Below the pieces are notes generated by a model. It searched no databases. It saw only the letters and a list, made by a program, of their open reading frames with translations, and was not told the DNA's origin. A stretch of DNA of 64,000 nucleotides from Parcubacteria group bacterium M6-OD1-1 (GTDB taxonomy: Bacteria; Patescibacteriota; Minisyncoccia; GWC2-36-17; M10-OD1-4), in the NCBI GenBank assembly GCA_003056085.1, contig LSNK01000004.1:28326-92325 (forward strand). The letters are read 5' to 3'. Made by a program: the position numbers and the translations under genes. Below are positions 9,271 to 20,647 of the stretch, in pieces (position 1 is the first letter of the stretch; every line of letters begins with the position of its first letter).

Positions 9271-10095
9271 ATGGATTTTCTAAGTCAACTTGGAATTGAT
9301 TTGAATTTACTGATTGCTCAAATTATTAATTTTGGAGTACTTTTATGGCTGTTGTCTAAATTTTTGTATAAACCCATAGTAAAACGCATTGAAAAAGATG
9401 AAAGTGAATTGCGGCAGTCTAAAATTTTGAAAGAAAGTCTTGCTGTAGAGGTGGAAAATTTTAAAAAACAAAAAGATGAAGAAATTAAAGAAATTAAAAA
9501 ACGTTCAAGAGATATCATTAAAGAGGCAGAAAGTGTTTCTTTAAATATAAAAAATAAATCAAAAGAAGAATCTGAAAAGATAAAAAATGCAATATTAGAC
9601 AAAGCCAACAAACGAGCGGAGTTATATGAGTCTGAATTGAAGAAAAAATATATTGAGGATATTAAAAAAACTTCAATTAAAGAATTTAAAAACAAGCTGA
9701 AAGAATCTATTGCTTCAGATCTTAAAGAAAATATGCATAAGATGTTTTTTAAGTTTTTACTTGAAAATACAGAAAAGATTGTTGTACAAAAAAATAAAAT
9801 TTTTCAAATTCCATATTCAAAAAATGGGGAGAAAGAAACAAAAAAAGAATTTAAAGACGACGTAAAAAAAGAAGTTGGAGATATTGTTTTGGAGTATGCT
9901 TTTTCTCCGACTAAAAAAGAAAAAGAGGAGATTTTAAATGTTATATCCAAAAAAATAGGAGTTGATGCCAATATGATAAAAATGGAATGCAAAAAAAATC
10001 CGGAATTGATAGCCGGATTTAAACTGGAATTTTTAGGCGTTCTTGTAGAAAGTAATCTTTTAAGTGAAATAAACAATGCCACAAAAACAAGATAA
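9271..10095 (+). CDS. atpF: F0 subunit b fused to delta-like C-terminal domain (operon 1)
   Basis: N-terminal TM helix plus a K/E-rich coiled coil typical of subunit b. C-terminal ~60 aa resemble the delta/OSCP C-terminal domain (K.N..ID.SL.GG). No separate atpH exists in this operon. Confidence 0.65.
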   Translation: MDFLSQLGIDLNLLIAQIINFGVLLWLLSKFLYKPIVKRIEKDESELRQSKILKESLAVEVENFKKQKDEEIKEIKKRSRDIIKEAESVSLNIKNKSKEESEKIKNAILDKANKRAELYESELKKKYIEDIKKTSIKEFKNKLKESIASDLKENMHKMFFKFLLENTEKIVVQKNKIFQIPYSKNGEKETKKEFKDDVKKEVGDIVLEYAFSPTKKEKEEILNVISKKIGVDANMIKMECKKNPELIAGFKLEFLGVLVESNLLSEINNATKTR

Positions 10096-11533
10096 AAATA
10101 TAAAAGAAATAGGTCACATTGTATCTTATTTTTCCGGAGTTGCAAAAATTCAGGGGCTTCCTCATGTTTTTTTGAATGAAACTCTTTTAGATGAAAATGA
10201 CAATAAAGTTGCTATTGTTATAGGTTTTGACGAAAGATACGTTGAAGCTATATTTTTTAATGATGGCTTTGATGAGGAGAAACCATTGTTTAGAAGTCGT
10301 GAGCTATTTTCTATTCCGGTTTCTGATGATTACATAGGAAAGATTGTAGATGGATTTGGACAGCCGATAAATAAAAAAGATAAAATTTTTGGAGAGAGAG
10401 CAAGTATTTTTAAAAATTCTCCGGACATTATAGACAGAGAACCTGTGGTTGAACCGCTCTCTACCGGAATAAAAATAATTGATACCTCGCTTCCATTAGG
10501 GAAGGGTCAAAGAGAGTTAATCGTTGGAGATAGAAAAATAGGGAAAAGCTCCATAGCGCAAGATGTTGTTTTAAATCAAAAAGATAAAAATCCGGAGGTT
10601 TATTGTGTTTATGTTTTATGCGGCAAGAAAAAAAGCCAAATTGAAGATTTAGTGCATTTATTTAAAAAAAATTATGCATTTGCGTACTCTTGTGTTGTTG
10701 TTGCCTCAGCAGACGACACTTTTGCCAGCCAGTATTTAGCTCCTTTTGTCGGATGCGCCATAGGCGAGTATTTCCGTGATAAGGGAAAAGATGCGTTAGT
10801 TGTTTACGATGATCTTTCAAATCATGCTAAAGTTTTTAGAAATATATCTTTATTGCTTGAGCGCGCTCCGGGGAGAGAGGCTTACCCGGGAGATATATTT
10901 TCACTTCATGCCGGACTTCTTGAAAGAGCGGCAAAATTATCCAAAAAAAATGGAGGAGGGTCTTTGACAGCGCTTCCTATAATAGAAACTCAGGAAGGCG
11001 ATATAACATCTTTTATTCCAACAAATTTAATTTCCATAACAGACGGTCAAATATATTTGGATATTGGTTTGTATCAGAAAAGATTTATGCCGGCTATCAA
11101 TGTCGGGCTTTCCGTTTCCAGAGTTGGCTCACAAGCTCAACCCAAAATATTAAAAGGAGTAACCGAGGGAATAAGATTAGCTTTAGCTCAGCATAAAGAA
11201 TTACAGAAACTGACTCAATTGGAAACAGTTGTAAGTAAAGAAGCAAAAGATAAGATAAAAAGAGGGGATCTTATTTTGGAGCTTTTAAAACAAAACAAAC
11301 ATACAAATGTAAGGTGGGAAGAGCAGGTTATTTTATTTTATGTCGTGGAGTCCGGTTTTTTTGATGACACAGAAAAAGAGCATTGGTCTGAATTTGAAAA
11401 TCTGCTTCTTGAATTAATAAGAAATCATTATCAAAATGTTTTAGGAAAAATAAGCAGCGGTTTGTTTGATGATGATGTTAAAAAAAGCATAAAAGAAATT
11501 GTTGATGACTTCAAAAGGGAGTTTTTGCCTTAA
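10076..11533 (+). CDS. atpA: F1 ATP synthase alpha subunit (operon 1, divergent)
   Basis: P-loop GDRKIGKSS and ITDGQIYL. Lies between b and gamma. Confidence 0.85.
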   Translation: MPQKQDKNIKEIGHIVSYFSGVAKIQGLPHVFLNETLLDENDNKVAIVIGFDERYVEAIFFNDGFDEEKPLFRSRELFSIPVSDDYIGKIVDGFGQPINKKDKIFGERASIFKNSPDIIDREPVVEPLSTGIKIIDTSLPLGKGQRELIVGDRKIGKSSIAQDVVLNQKDKNPEVYCVYVLCGKKKSQIEDLVHLFKKNYAFAYSCVVVASADDTFASQYLAPFVGCAIGEYFRDKGKDALVVYDDLSNHAKVFRNISLLLERAPGREAYPGDIFSLHAGLLERAAKLSKKNGGGSLTALPIIETQEGDITSFIPTNLISITDGQIYLDIGLYQKRFMPAINVGLSVSRVGSQAQPKILKGVTEGIRLALAQHKELQKLTQLETVVSKEAKDKIKRGDLILELLKQNKHTNVRWEEQVILFYVVESGFFDDTEKEHWSEFENLLLELIRNHYQNVLGKISSGLFDDDVKKSIKEIVDDFKREFLP

Positions 11534-11572
11534 GATATTAGATTTTAGTTTTTTGGAATATAAAATTTATTT

Positions 11573-14055
<2,483 letters not shown>

Positions 14056-14061
14056 AATTAA

Positions 14062-16170
14062 ATGGATTATTTAACATCGTTGTTGCCGGCCATAGATACT
14101 TTTCATAGTATCGGTTATTGGCTGGCATTTTTTTCGGCATTTTTTGAAACAGTTATTGGAGTCGGGCTGCTTTTGCCGGGAACCTCTATAATAGTTATTT
14201 TGGGTGCATTTGCCGCTCAAGGGTATTTAGATGTGGGGGACTTAATTTGGTTTGCAATATTTGGAGCTATTTTGGGAGACAATATTAATTATTTTTTAGG
14301 CAAAAAATACGGAGCTAATTGGATAAAAAATGGAGTATGGTTTATAAAGCCGGAACACTTAAAAAAAAGCAGAGAGTTTTTAAATAAACACGGAGTAAAA
14401 AGTATTTTTTTGGCTAGATTTGTTCCTGGTTTAAAGGAGCTGGTTCCTCTTATTGCGGGTATGGTAAAAATGAAGAGAAAACCATTTTTTATATGGAATG
14501 TGTTTGGCGGGATAGGTTGGGGAATTGTGTTTGTTCTTTTTGGATATATCTTTTCCCAGTCGTTAAATTTAGCGCAAACTTGGTTGTCTAAAATAGGGTT
14601 TTTCTTTGCTATTTTAATATTATTTTTTATTTTATTTTATATCTTAAAATGGATAATAATAAAACAAGGCAGACAGTTTTTCTTGATTATAAAATCTCTT
14701 TTAAAGTCAATAAGACATTCAATAAATACAAATTCTGATGTAAAAAAGTTTATTGAAAATCATTCTAAGTTTGTAAATTTTTTAAAACGCAGGTTTGATA
14801 AAACAGTTTTTTCAGGGCTTCCATTAACCATTTCAGCGATAGCATTTTTATATGTTTTTTCATTATTTGGAGGGATTGTGGAAGATATAATAACATCAGA
14901 TATTATTGTTGCTGCAGATGTAAGAATAGAAAATTTACTTCAAATATTTAGAACAGATATACTTACAAATATATTTTTTTGGATTACATTGCTTGGCAAA
15001 GCCGAGATTATTTTAGTATTTTCTTTGGTTGTTGCAGCTTTATTTTGGCTATCAAATAAGCGTTTTTATATAATCCCATTTATCACAGCTATTTTAGGAA
15101 GCAGTTTATTTACATATCTTGGGAAAATTGCTTTTCATAGGGCTCGTCCGGATGTTGCAATATATATTGAAAATTCATTTTCTTTTCCTTCGGGTCATGC
15201 CACTATTGCGGTGGCGTTTTATGGATTTTTAGTTTATGTTTTTATGCGTGCCATTGATAGCTGGAAAGGAAAAGTTAATATTTTCTTTTTTGGTTTTATA
15301 ATAATATTAGCCATTGGATTTAGCAGGTTGTATTTGGGTGTTCATTATTTAAGCGATATTTGGGCCGGTTATTTGGTTGGGGCGTTGTGGCTTATTATAG
15401 GGATAACTATTTCAGAATGGCTGCTATTTAAAAAAAATAATAAAGTTATAAATGTTAATAAAAATAAAATAAAATTTATTTCAAGTGTCTTAGTTATTGC
15501 ATCATTGCTGTTTTATATAGGGTTTGCAATGCGATATAATCCACCGATTAATACATTTTATAAAAATAGTAAGATTATTAAAAATAATGATGTATTAAAT
15601 TTGCTTTCAGAAAATAACTTAAAGTATACAGAAAGCATCTTAGGACAACGCCAAGAGCCGATAAATTTTATAATTTTTGCAAAAAATGATGAGGTTTTAA
15701 TAGATGCCTTTAAAAAGTCAGGATGGTATTTAGCAGATAGGGTGAGTTTTTATTCGGTGTCAAAAACCTTAAAAGACTCATTTTTAAATTCCCAATATTT
15801 AACCGCTCCTATGACTCCTTCGTTTTGGAATTCTGAAGTTAATGATTTTGGCTTTGAAAAACCAACTCAAGAAAACACAGTAAAGCAAAGACATCATGCA
15901 AGGTTTTGGAAGACCAATTACAAAACCATTAAGGGTTATAAAGTATATGCAGGTGCCGCAAGTTTAGATTCTGGAGTGAAATGGTTTATTACTCATAAAA
16001 TAAAATCAGATATAGACACTGAAAGGGAATTTTTGTTTGATAGTTTAAATTCAACAGGTGTTGTAAGTGAGATTAGTAAGGTTGAGTTTGTAAAACCTTA
16101 TATTGGAGTTAATTTTTCCGGTGACCAGTTTTTTACTGATGGCTTTGTTTATATTTTAAAATTAAAATAA
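14062..16170 (+). CDS. DedA-family / PAP2 phosphatase / LssY_C-like tri-domain membrane protein
   Basis: N-terminal DedA/SNARE-associated pattern (LLPGTSIIVILGAFAAQGY). Central PAP2 motifs KxxxxxxRP (HRARPD), PSGH (SFPSGHAT) and SRxxxxxHxxxD (SRLYLGVHYLSD). C-terminal ~220-aa soluble domain of the kind often found after PAP2. Confidence 0.6.
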   Translation: MDYLTSLLPAIDTFHSIGYWLAFFSAFFETVIGVGLLLPGTSIIVILGAFAAQGYLDVGDLIWFAIFGAILGDNINYFLGKKYGANWIKNGVWFIKPEHLKKSREFLNKHGVKSIFLARFVPGLKELVPLIAGMVKMKRKPFFIWNVFGGIGWGIVFVLFGYIFSQSLNLAQTWLSKIGFFFAILILFFILFYILKWIIIKQGRQFFLIIKSLLKSIRHSINTNSDVKKFIENHSKFVNFLKRRFDKTVFSGLPLTISAIAFLYVFSLFGGIVEDIITSDIIVAADVRIENLLQIFRTDILTNIFFWITLLGKAEIILVFSLVVAALFWLSNKRFYIIPFITAILGSSLFTYLGKIAFHRARPDVAIYIENSFSFPSGHATIAVAFYGFLVYVFMRAIDSWKGKVNIFFFGFIIILAIGFSRLYLGVHYLSDIWAGYLVGALWLIIGITISEWLLFKKNNKVINVNKNKIKFISSVLVIASLLFYIGFAMRYNPPINTFYKNSKIIKNNDVLNLLSENNLKYTESILGQRQEPINFIIFAKNDEVLIDAFKKSGWYLADRVSFYSVSKTLKDSFLNSQYLTAPMTPSFWNSEVNDFGFEKPTQENTVKQRHHARFWKTNYKTIKGYKVYAGAASLDSGVKWFITHKIKSDIDTEREFLFDSLNSTGVVSEISKVEFVKPYIGVNFSGDQFFTDGFVYILKLK

Positions 16171-16217
16171 AAAACTCAAAAAATTGTTTGGTGTATTTAA
16201 GCGTTGCCTAAAATACC

Positions 16218-16252
16218 TTGACATAATGCTAATATTAGTATATTATTTCGGT
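16218..16252 (+). promoter_or_regulatory. putative promoter TTGACA-N17-TATTAT
   Basis: Consensus-like -35 and -10 elements upstream of the LysM gene. Confidence 0.35.
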
Positions 16253-16350
16253 TGTTATTTTTATTTAATCATATTAGAAGGAGAAATAAAAATACGGAGT
16301 TTTTTGACAATTTTTTTCAATTCCTAAACCTAAATCTCGAGGAGATATTA

Positions 16351-17268
16351 ATGAAAAGTGCAAGTAAATTCATATTTTACAATGTTTTTTTGTTTTCTGT
16401 TATTTTTGCCTTTTTTACTTCATCCGCTTTTGCGGGGCAGTGGAAGGTGAAGCGAGGCGATAATTTATCAAGTATCGCGGCGAAATATCCCGGTGTAACA
16501 TATCGTGAAATTTGCAAAGCAAACTCTCATATTGTGAAGGATTGTACTCATATTGAACCTGGTTGGCTTCTGGTTATTCCGGAAGTTGGTGAATGTTTTG
16601 ATGCCACTATGACGGTAGCGTCCAAACAGAAAGCATTTGACAACTGGAATCGCAAAGTTGTAAGTAATTATCAGGACGGAAAACCAGACTGTAATTTTGG
16701 AGAACTTTCAAAAAAGTCTGATGCCGTTCCTACGGTTATTAATCTTACCGCCATAGATGAAGGGTTGTTGAGTCGTATTGACTCAATGGACGATACTTTA
16801 ACGAAGCACATTAACGACAAGCCGGAAATATTTATTTTTACCGCTTTTAGTAATAATGATACATTCGGTGTCGGTGGTTTGTTTAAATATCCATCAGACT
16901 ACTTGTTGTCTTATCAATTCAGCAAAGGGGAAAAAGGCTATGCCAACCAATTGCTTTTTGGTAAATATGTTTCCAAGGACATTGCTTTTATAGCAGGTCC
17001 GAGAGTGGAAAATGACAGCAATAACAGTTCCGATGCGCTCGGTGTGAAAATAGCGCTTTTATATACACCGGAAATTACAAATTCAATTTTTGGTTATATG
17101 GAAGTTGGCGTTTCCGGCATGAGAGTAATGGAGGATAAAATAAATGGTGCCCCAAATCTTTCACTTAGCGGGAACACACTATCTCTTAATACACCTGTAA
17201 TAAGAGAAAAAAATAATTACTGGAATACAGATTTCAGTATTTCTGTCGGTCTTGCATATAAATTCTAA
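16351..17268 (+). CDS. secreted LysM domain protein
   Basis: ATG at 16351 with a GGAGAT SD. Signal peptide, then LysM (GQWKVKRGDNLSSIAAKY). The track ORF begins upstream at 16252. Confidence 0.55.
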   Translation: MKSASKFIFYNVFLFSVIFAFFTSSAFAGQWKVKRGDNLSSIAAKYPGVTYREICKANSHIVKDCTHIEPGWLLVIPEVGECFDATMTVASKQKAFDNWNRKVVSNYQDGKPDCNFGELSKKSDAVPTVINLTAIDEGLLSRIDSMDDTLTKHINDKPEIFIFTAFSNNDTFGVGGLFKYPSDYLLSYQFSKGEKGYANQLLFGKYVSKDIAFIAGPRVENDSNNSSDALGVKIALLYTPEITNSIFGYMEVGVSGMRVMEDKINGAPNLSLSGNTLSLNTPVIREKNNYWNTDFSISVGLAYKF

Positions 17269-17297
17269 GGAATTTAAAACTATATAAAAGGAGATTA

Positions 17298-18389
17298 ATG
17301 ATGTTTAAGAATGTTTGGTTGGTTTTGTTTGTTTCTTTTTTAGCCGCTTGCGGTGGAGGGGAAACAACTGTTGGAACGGGTGATTCTTCGGTGGATATTT
17401 CACCGTTGAACGGAAAGGATGGCGTCGACGGTACAAGCTTTACTTCGCTTGTTGCCCCTATTGTCTGTAAGGATGGTCAGAATGGGTTTAAAGATAGTAC
17501 TGGCCCTGACAATAACCCAAAGAACGGGAAGCTGGATAGCGCTGAGGTAACAAGTAGTGTTTCTATTTGTCCTCCGCCTGCTCCGGTTGGTTGGGGTCAA
17601 AGACTCAGCTACTTGGAACCTTCTGAAGATCTTTGTGGAGGTGACCCACAGGGTGGGATGCTTTTTGAAGTCTGGAAGGAGGAAAATGGAGATGGTGAGC
17701 TTGACGGTAGTGAGGTTATTGCCAATCATGTCAAATGGTGTAATGGAGCACAAGGACCAAAAGGAGACACAGGTGCGCAAGGTCCAAAAGGAGATACAGG
17801 AGCACAAGGACCAAATGGGCTCATGCCACTCTTTCATATGCAAGAATTTTATGATTCTAAAGGACGGAGTTGTCATCGTTGGAGTGTTGGATTCGACACT
17901 GTTCGCAAGAATAACGAGCTGGACATGGGTACAAGTGAAGTAAAAGTATCTTCTACTTTTTGTGAAGACCCGTACACACCTACAGCAAACATTGGATTAA
18001 TCTTTGTTCACACTTTTGGTGTGATATCGAAAAATCCAAAACACTTCAGCTTTGTGGTGACAAAAACAAATCCAGTAAATGTGTTTCCTTTAGAAAATCC
18101 TGAAATATTTGATATTTCATATATCAAGATTACAGGTATTTTCAACAGGCCTCGTCCAGATGGACTTGTCACTGTTCATTTTCTAAAGTCGGAGCTACAG
18201 TGTTTGATCGGAGATCAAGACCCACGGCACATTGGCACAGATACATATTCAGTGCTTTGTCCTGCCTACGGTACGTATATCCCTGCCAATGAAAACGTAA
18301 AAGCTGTATGGCAGGTTGGACCAAGACGCAACTTTTTCGAGCTGAAGAAGATTGAAGTCTTTGGTGTTATTTCACCGGAAACAAACTAA
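17298..18389 (+). CDS. lipoprotein with collagen-like G-X-Y repeats
   Basis: Lipobox LAAC with SD AAGGAGA. Contains GAQGPKGDTGAQGPKGDTGAQGPNG (8 consecutive G-X-Y triplets). Confidence 0.55.
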   Translation: MMFKNVWLVLFVSFLAACGGGETTVGTGDSSVDISPLNGKDGVDGTSFTSLVAPIVCKDGQNGFKDSTGPDNNPKNGKLDSAEVTSSVSICPPPAPVGWGQRLSYLEPSEDLCGGDPQGGMLFEVWKEENGDGELDGSEVIANHVKWCNGAQGPKGDTGAQGPKGDTGAQGPNGLMPLFHMQEFYDSKGRSCHRWSVGFDTVRKNNELDMGTSEVKVSSTFCEDPYTPTANIGLIFVHTFGVISKNPKHFSFVVTKTNPVNVFPLENPEIFDISYIKITGIFNRPRPDGLVTVHFLKSELQCLIGDQDPRHIGTDTYSVLCPAYGTYIPANENVKAVWQVGPRRNFFELKKIEVFGVISPETN

Positions 18390-18524
18390 AAAGGGAAAAT
18401 TGAAAAATTAAGGAAAATCAAAAGCCTGGAGATATCATCTCCGGGCTTTTTTATATCTTCAATAATTACAGAACAAAAAAAGAGAATATAATTTCACGGA
18501 TTTTTGATTTTTAATCCTGTGTCC

Positions 18525-18553
18525 TTGACAAAACTTAAAAAGCGTACTATCAT
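18525..18553 (+). promoter_or_regulatory. putative promoter TTGACA-N17-TATCAT
   Basis: Lies upstream of the 18606 small ORF. Confidence 0.35.
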
Positions 18554-18605
18554 TATAATTAAGCAATTTGTTCATTTGAATTTTAAATTAGAAGGAGAAA
18601 ATTTC

Positions 18606-18788
18606 ATGAGAATCAGTCGTGGATTTGTTGTTGGTGCGGCTGTGCTTTATTTGGGCACAGGAACACTTTTTACTGCAGTCGGTCATCTTACTTCGGCCGG
18701 CTCAAAATATTCGTCCGGTCCGCAAAAAGAAGTCATGGTTCCTATGATATTTGAACCGGTACGTTTTGTCATAGATAAACTTTTTTAA
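18606..18788 (+). CDS. small membrane protein
   Basis: ATG with a GAAGGAGAA SD and one TM helix. The track ORF starts earlier, at 18504. Confidence 0.35.
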   Translation: MRISRGFVVGAAVLYLGTGTLFTAVGHLTSAGSKYSSGPQKEVMVPMIFEPVRFVIDKLF

Positions 18789-18804
18789 TCACAAGGAGTA
18801 AAAA

Positions 18805-19056
18805 ATGGCACTACAAGATTATTGTGGAGTGCGGACGCATAAGCAAAAAACAAAACTACGCAAACAAAGAAAGTTGGTGGGAAAAATTTGTTTATTTGTA
18901 GGGTTTGTTGTTTTGTTTTTGTGTGGTTCAAATAAGATGCTAACCGATGTATCGATTATTTGGAATATGATAATTGGTGTTTCGAGCTTCGGTGTTGGTA
19001 TAATAGGTTTATATCTTTTAGATTTAATCCCTTCTTCAAAAACAGAGTGGAAATAA
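18805..19056 (+). CDS. small membrane protein
   Basis: SD AAGGAG and 2 TM helices. Confidence 0.4.
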   Translation: MALQDYCGVRTHKQKTKLRKQRKLVGKICLFVGFVVLFLCGSNKMLTDVSIIWNMIIGVSSFGVGIIGLYLLDLIPSSKTEWK

Positions 19057-19070
19057 AATTTTCATTAATG

Positions 19071-19104
19071 AACCGGATTCTAAATAGAATCCGGTTTTCA
19101 TTTT
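19071..19104 (+). terminator. rho-independent terminator
   Basis: AACCGGATTC / GAATCCGGTT stem followed by a T-run. Confidence 0.55.
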
Positions 19105-19124
19105 GTAAAATAAATGCAAAAAAC

Positions 19125-19153
19125 AAACCCCGGTGATTGCCGGGGTTTTTTAT
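19125..19153. terminator. bidirectional terminator hairpin
   Basis: AAACCCCGG / CCGGGGTTT stem flanked by A-run and T-run. It can terminate the convergent minus-strand pair. Confidence 0.55.
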
Positions 19154-19167
19154 TTGCTTTGATATTT

Positions 19168-19350
19168 CTATCTTCGTCGCAGTCTTTTGTTTTGACTCAT
19201 TTTTTGAAAGTGTCTTTTAAAAGCACTTCGCGATAATTTTTTACGGCTGCTTCTTAACAGCCTAAATGAAACAGGTCTTAAACCGGTATGAAGCTGTAAA
19301 TGTTCTATGCACGGAGACATTCTAAGCATAGTGAAAAAAATAATTCTCAT
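19168..19350 (-). CDS. small Arg-rich protein, hypothetical
   Basis: 60 aa. AAGGAGG SD 7 nt upstream. Start overlaps the stop of the upstream 67-aa ORF (GCATGA). Confidence 0.35.
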   Translation of the reverse strand: MRIIFFTMLRMSPCIEHLQLHTGLRPVSFRLLRSSRKKLSRSAFKRHFQKMSQNKRLRRR

Positions 19351-19550
19351 GCGCCCTCCTTTTGGATAAGGTTACGATGATTGTAATATTGTTTTAATGC
19401 TTCTCTGAAACTTCTTGCCTTTCTTAATTCTTGTGAGAATTTCTTCGGCTTGTAGTGGCTTCCTGCCGGTTTTTTTGTTTCTGCTTTTGGAGTATGTCCG
19501 GTTTGCGGGCTTATTCCTCGTTTTACAAGATTTTTAACTCTTGTACACAT
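19347..19550 (-). CDS. small Lys-rich basic protein, hypothetical
   Basis: 67 aa, very basic. GGAGA SD. Local GC is higher than the surroundings. Confidence 0.4.
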   Translation of the reverse strand: MCTRVKNLVKRGISPQTGHTPKAETKKPAGSHYKPKKFSQELRKARSFREALKQYYNHRNLIQKEGA

Positions 19551-19731
19551 GGTGTCTCCTTATAAAGGGCAGTTTAAGAACGTATTTCATACATACAATA
19601 CCACATTATTTTAAAATTACAAGTCGTTATGGTAATGTGTACATATATACTACCAATATTGCTGGACGTATTTTTATTTTGTGGTATGCTGTATTTACAA
19701 AAAATATTTTTTGTAAAAGGAGTGTATTTTT

Positions 19732-20013
19732 ATGACACGACAAATGTTTATTGACTTTGTTACTAAGAAAATTGAAAATCAAATAAAAGATTCTCGTGAT
19801 ATTTATGATAATTTTTGCAGAACTCTTATAATGGATCCTAAAAAAGTTGAAAGTTGGATTAAAGAGAATATGGAGGGTTGGAAAATTTTTGCTATTATGG
19901 AGACTGGTAAAGATGTTCGTTATTTTAATGATTGGGATATGGATTTATTGGTTAAAAAATTCATTGGAAATTTTAAGAAAGTGTTCTTAAAATTAAAGCT
20001 TGTTAAGATATAA
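19732..20013 (+). CDS. hypothetical protein
   Basis: SD AAAGGAG. Has its own terminator downstream. Confidence 0.45.
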   Translation: MTRQMFIDFVTKKIENQIKDSRDIYDNFCRTLIMDPKKVESWIKENMEGWKIFAIMETGKDVRYFNDWDMDLLVKKFIGNFKKVFLKLKLVKI

Positions 20014-20027
20014 AAGAGATATAAAGT

Positions 20028-20062
20028 ATACCGCCGCCTTAAAATAAGGTGGCGGTATTTTA
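20028..20062 (+). terminator. rho-independent terminator
   Basis: ATACCGCCGCCTT / AAGGTGGCGGTAT stem followed by a T-run. Confidence 0.6.
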
Positions 20063-20149
20063 AATAAAAAGAATTAGAATTATTTATATTTTTTGACCTA
20101 TAAATTATATTAAGGTAGCTTTAATAAAGATATAAAACCAAGTTATGAG

Positions 20150-20434
20150 GTGGAAATTATGGCAGAATATGACTATATGTTTTTTTACAAAAAAGAGCCT
20201 ACCGTCTTGCAAAGCGATGATATTGCGAAAGTGGATATTACTGTAAAGACAGTAGCCTTCATTAGAAGAAATGAAAGGATATACACGAGTTTTGGGGATG
20301 ATAAGATTTATATTGAGGATATTAATATAAATAATTCATCACAAATAATACAGGATATTTCCGGGCTTACACCGGTTCTTGATACAAATGGCAGTAATGA
20401 TATTCTTATTTTTAAACTTAGTGGAAAGTTGTAA
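20150..20434 (+). CDS. hypothetical protein
   Basis: SD GAGGTGG. Has its own terminator downstream. Confidence 0.45.
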   Translation: MEIMAEYDYMFFYKKEPTVLQSDDIAKVDITVKTVAFIRRNERIYTSFGDDKIYIEDININNSSQIIQDISGLTPVLDTNGSNDILIFKLSGKL

Positions 20435-20463
20435 AAAATGAGAATATATTAAATATCTTTTAA

Positions 20464-20488
20464 GAGCGGCGTAATGCCGCTTTTTTTA
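20464..20488 (+). terminator. rho-independent terminator
   Basis: GAGCGGC-GTAAT-GCCGCTT stem-loop followed by a T-run. Confidence 0.55.
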
Positions 20489-20647
20489 TTTAAATGTCTC
20501 AAATACACCATTTGAAGCGTTTGATATTTTATATAGGAGATAAAAATATATTTTAAAATCCTTGACTGTATTATATTTATATGGCAGAATTCTTTACGAA
20601 ATGCACTTTAAAATATTTAAATTATTGCTACTTAAGAGGGTGTTTAT

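Noticed and set aside
19160-19560. Possible housekeeping ncRNA (tmRNA, RNase P, SRP or 6S) in the GC-richer patch
   Set aside because: No tRNA-like 3' end, no RNase P P4 consensus (AGGAAAGUCCGGGC) and no SRP domain IV motif on either strand. Two SD-preceded, start/stop-overlapping ORFs explain the segment better.
19541-19735. 64-aa ORF spanning the promoter region between the divergent small genes
   Set aside because: Overlaps the start of the minus-strand 67-aa gene and the SD of the 19732 ORF. It has no RBS and a low-complexity Tyr/Ile-rich translation.
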